Source: Candidatus Rokuibacteriota bacterium (lineage in GTDB: Bacteria > Methylomirabilota > Methylomirabilia > Rokubacteriales > DASRDR01). From it: DNA of 15,343 nt. The DNA is taken from contig JBIOTN010000227.1 of the NCBI GenBank assembly GCA_044866005.1, forward strand, positions 1 through 15,343, read 5' to 3'. This document shows positions 13,961 to 15,343 of this stretch, piece after piece (the first letter of the stretch is position 1; each line of letters begins with the position of its first letter). A program made the position numbers and the translations under genes. Under the pieces are notes generated by a model, which worked only from the letters and a program-made list of their open reading frames with translations, made no database searches and was not told the DNA's origin.

Positions 13961-15088
13961 CTAGCGCTGGTCGATCGGGACCCAGCCGGCCTGGCGCGAG
14001 CCGGTGTACTCGGCCCGCGGCCGGATCAGGCGGTTGTTCGCCTGCTGCTCGAGGATGTGCGCGGTCCAGCCCGAGACGCGCGAGGCGACGAAGATCGGCG
14101 TGTAGAGGTCGGGGTCGATACCCATCACGTAGTAGGTGGAGGCGGAGTAGAAGTCGACGTTCGGATTGAGGCCCTTCTGCTCCTTCACGACCCGCTCCAC
14201 GATCCGGGACATCTCGTACCACTTCGGCTGCCCGACCTCGCGGCCGAGCGCCTCGGAGAGCTTCCGGAGGTGGGTGGCGCGCGGGTCCTCGGTGTGGTAG
14301 ACGCGGTGCCCGAACCCCATGATCCGCTTCTTCTGCGCCAGCGCGCTCTTGACCCACGCCTCCGCGCGGTCCACGTCGCCGATCTCGAGCAGCATCTGGA
14401 TCACGCCGACGTTGGCCCCGCCGTGCAGGCGGCCCTTGAGCGCCCCGATCCCCGAGACGACGCCCGAGTACATGTCCGAGAGCGTCGCCACCGTCACCCG
14501 GGCCGCGAACGTCGAGGCGTTCAGCTCGTGGTCGGCGTGGAGGATGAGGGCGGTGTCCATGGCCCGGCCGGCCAGCGGGCTCGGCGGCTTGCCGAAGAGC
14601 ATGTAGAGGAAGTTCGCCGCCAGACCGAGCCGGGGGTTCGGGGAGACGGGCGCCTTGCCCTTGCGGATCCGCGCCCACGCGGCGACGAGCGTCGGCACCT
14701 GGGCCTGGATGCGGGCGGCCTTGCGGAGGTTTGCCTCCGGCGAGTTGTCCGCGCCGTCGGGGTCGTGGACGCCGAGGGCCGACACCACGGTCCGGACGAC
14801 GTCCATCGGCTCGGCCTTCTTCGGAAAGGACTTGAGGAGCGTCATCGCCTTGGGCGGCAGGCGGCGCTGCGCCACGAGCTCCTTGTTGAGCTGAGTGAGC
14901 TCCCGGCGGGAGGGCAGGCGTCCGTACCAGAGGAGGTAGACGGTCTCCTCGAACGTCGAATGGGCGACGAGGTCGTGGATGTCGTACCCGCGGTACAGGA
15001 GCCGTCCCTGATCGCCGTCGATGAAGCAGATCCCGGAGGTCGAGACGACGACGTCTTCGAGGCCGGTGTTCGGGCCCTTGGTCGTCAT
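13961..15088 (-). CDS. gltA: Citrate synthase, short (about 375 aa) citrate/2-methylcitrate synthase type
   Basis: Motifs GLEDVV, LLYRGYDI, FEETVYLL, ADHELNASTF, GRLHGGAN, MGFGHRVY, DPRA, NVDFYSA and RLIRPR. GGGAG RBS. A 2-methylcitrate synthase (PrpC) role cannot be excluded. Confidence 0.93.
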   Translation of the reverse strand: MTTKGPNTGLEDVVVSTSGICFIDGDQGRLLYRGYDIHDLVAHSTFEETVYLLWYGRLPSRRELTQLNKELVAQRRLPPKAMTLLKSFPKKAEPMDVVRTVVSALGVHDPDGADNSPEANLRKAARIQAQVPTLVAAWARIRKGKAPVSPNPRLGLAANFLYMLFGKPPSPLAGRAMDTALILHADHELNASTFAARVTVATLSDMYSGVVSGIGALKGRLHGGANVGVIQMLLEIGDVDRAEAWVKSALAQKKRIMGFGHRVYHTEDPRATHLRKLSEALGREVGQPKWYEMSRIVERVVKEQKGLNPNVDFYSASTYYVMGIDPDLYTPIFVASRVSGWTAHILEQQANNRLIRPRAEYTGSRQAGWVPIDQR

Positions 15089-15167
15089 TGACCGCTCCCG
15101 CGCGCGAGGTTAGGCAAACACGCGCGGCCCCACGCTGGGGGCCGCCGTCCGGTCCGGGACGGCTCAT

Positions 15168-15196
15168 ATTCTGGCACACGGCCGAGGCCCCGGCAA
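15168..15196 (-). promoter_or_regulatory. Putative sigma70 promoter for citrate synthase
   Basis: On the - strand, TTGCCG (15191-15196), 17-nt spacer ending in TGC (extended -10 TGn), then CAGAAT (15168-15173). Confidence 0.45.
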
Positions 15197-15323
15197 GGCC
15201 CGCGCGGCGGTCCCGGAACCCGACGGCCCTGTACGGCCCGGTGCGCGATCGGAGGAGGGAGGCCCGTTCCGTTCGGCCGAGAAAAGACGCAGACCGGGGG
15301 AGAATCGCCGCGCTGCGGAACGA

Positions 15324-15343
15324 AGCGCTCCGAGCGCGGGCTT
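15324..15343. repeat. Start of a second copy of the REP-like element, truncated by the window end
   Basis: AGCGCTCCGAGCGCGGGCTT is identical to 13878-13897 (20/20), in the same orientation. Confidence 0.8.

Overview
Very GC-rich bacterial sequence (roughly 70% or more by eye), probably a whole contig, since both ends stop inside repeated sequence. The window opens with the last 39 codons of a transaldolase gene on the + strand, facing a complete and nearly identical copy on the - strand (342..992) across a 220-bp spacer rich in hairpins. Divergent from it is a run of + strand genes: an IlvD/Edd-family sugar-acid dehydratase, a 54-codon remnant of a BNR/Asp-box beta-propeller gene with an apparent in-frame internal deletion, a MoaD/ThiS ubiquitin-like protein, an atypical gamma-glutamyltransferase-family Ntn hydrolase, a 3-hydroxyacyl-CoA dehydrogenase, the soluble transhydrogenase SthA, and a 1195-aa zinc-ribbon/class III cyclase/STAND ATPase/TPR protein with non-canonical catalytic residues and an extra DRR/ERR C-terminal domain. 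On the - strand at right are a small hypothetical gene, a DapF homologue with both catalytic cysteines replaced by serine, a secreted protein, and citrate synthase flanked by a REP-like palindromic repeat. The repeat and the cyclase architecture resemble what I recall from Candidatus Rokubacteria (Methylomirabilota); this is an unverified inference. I found no rRNA, tRNA, CRISPR array, transposase or integrase.
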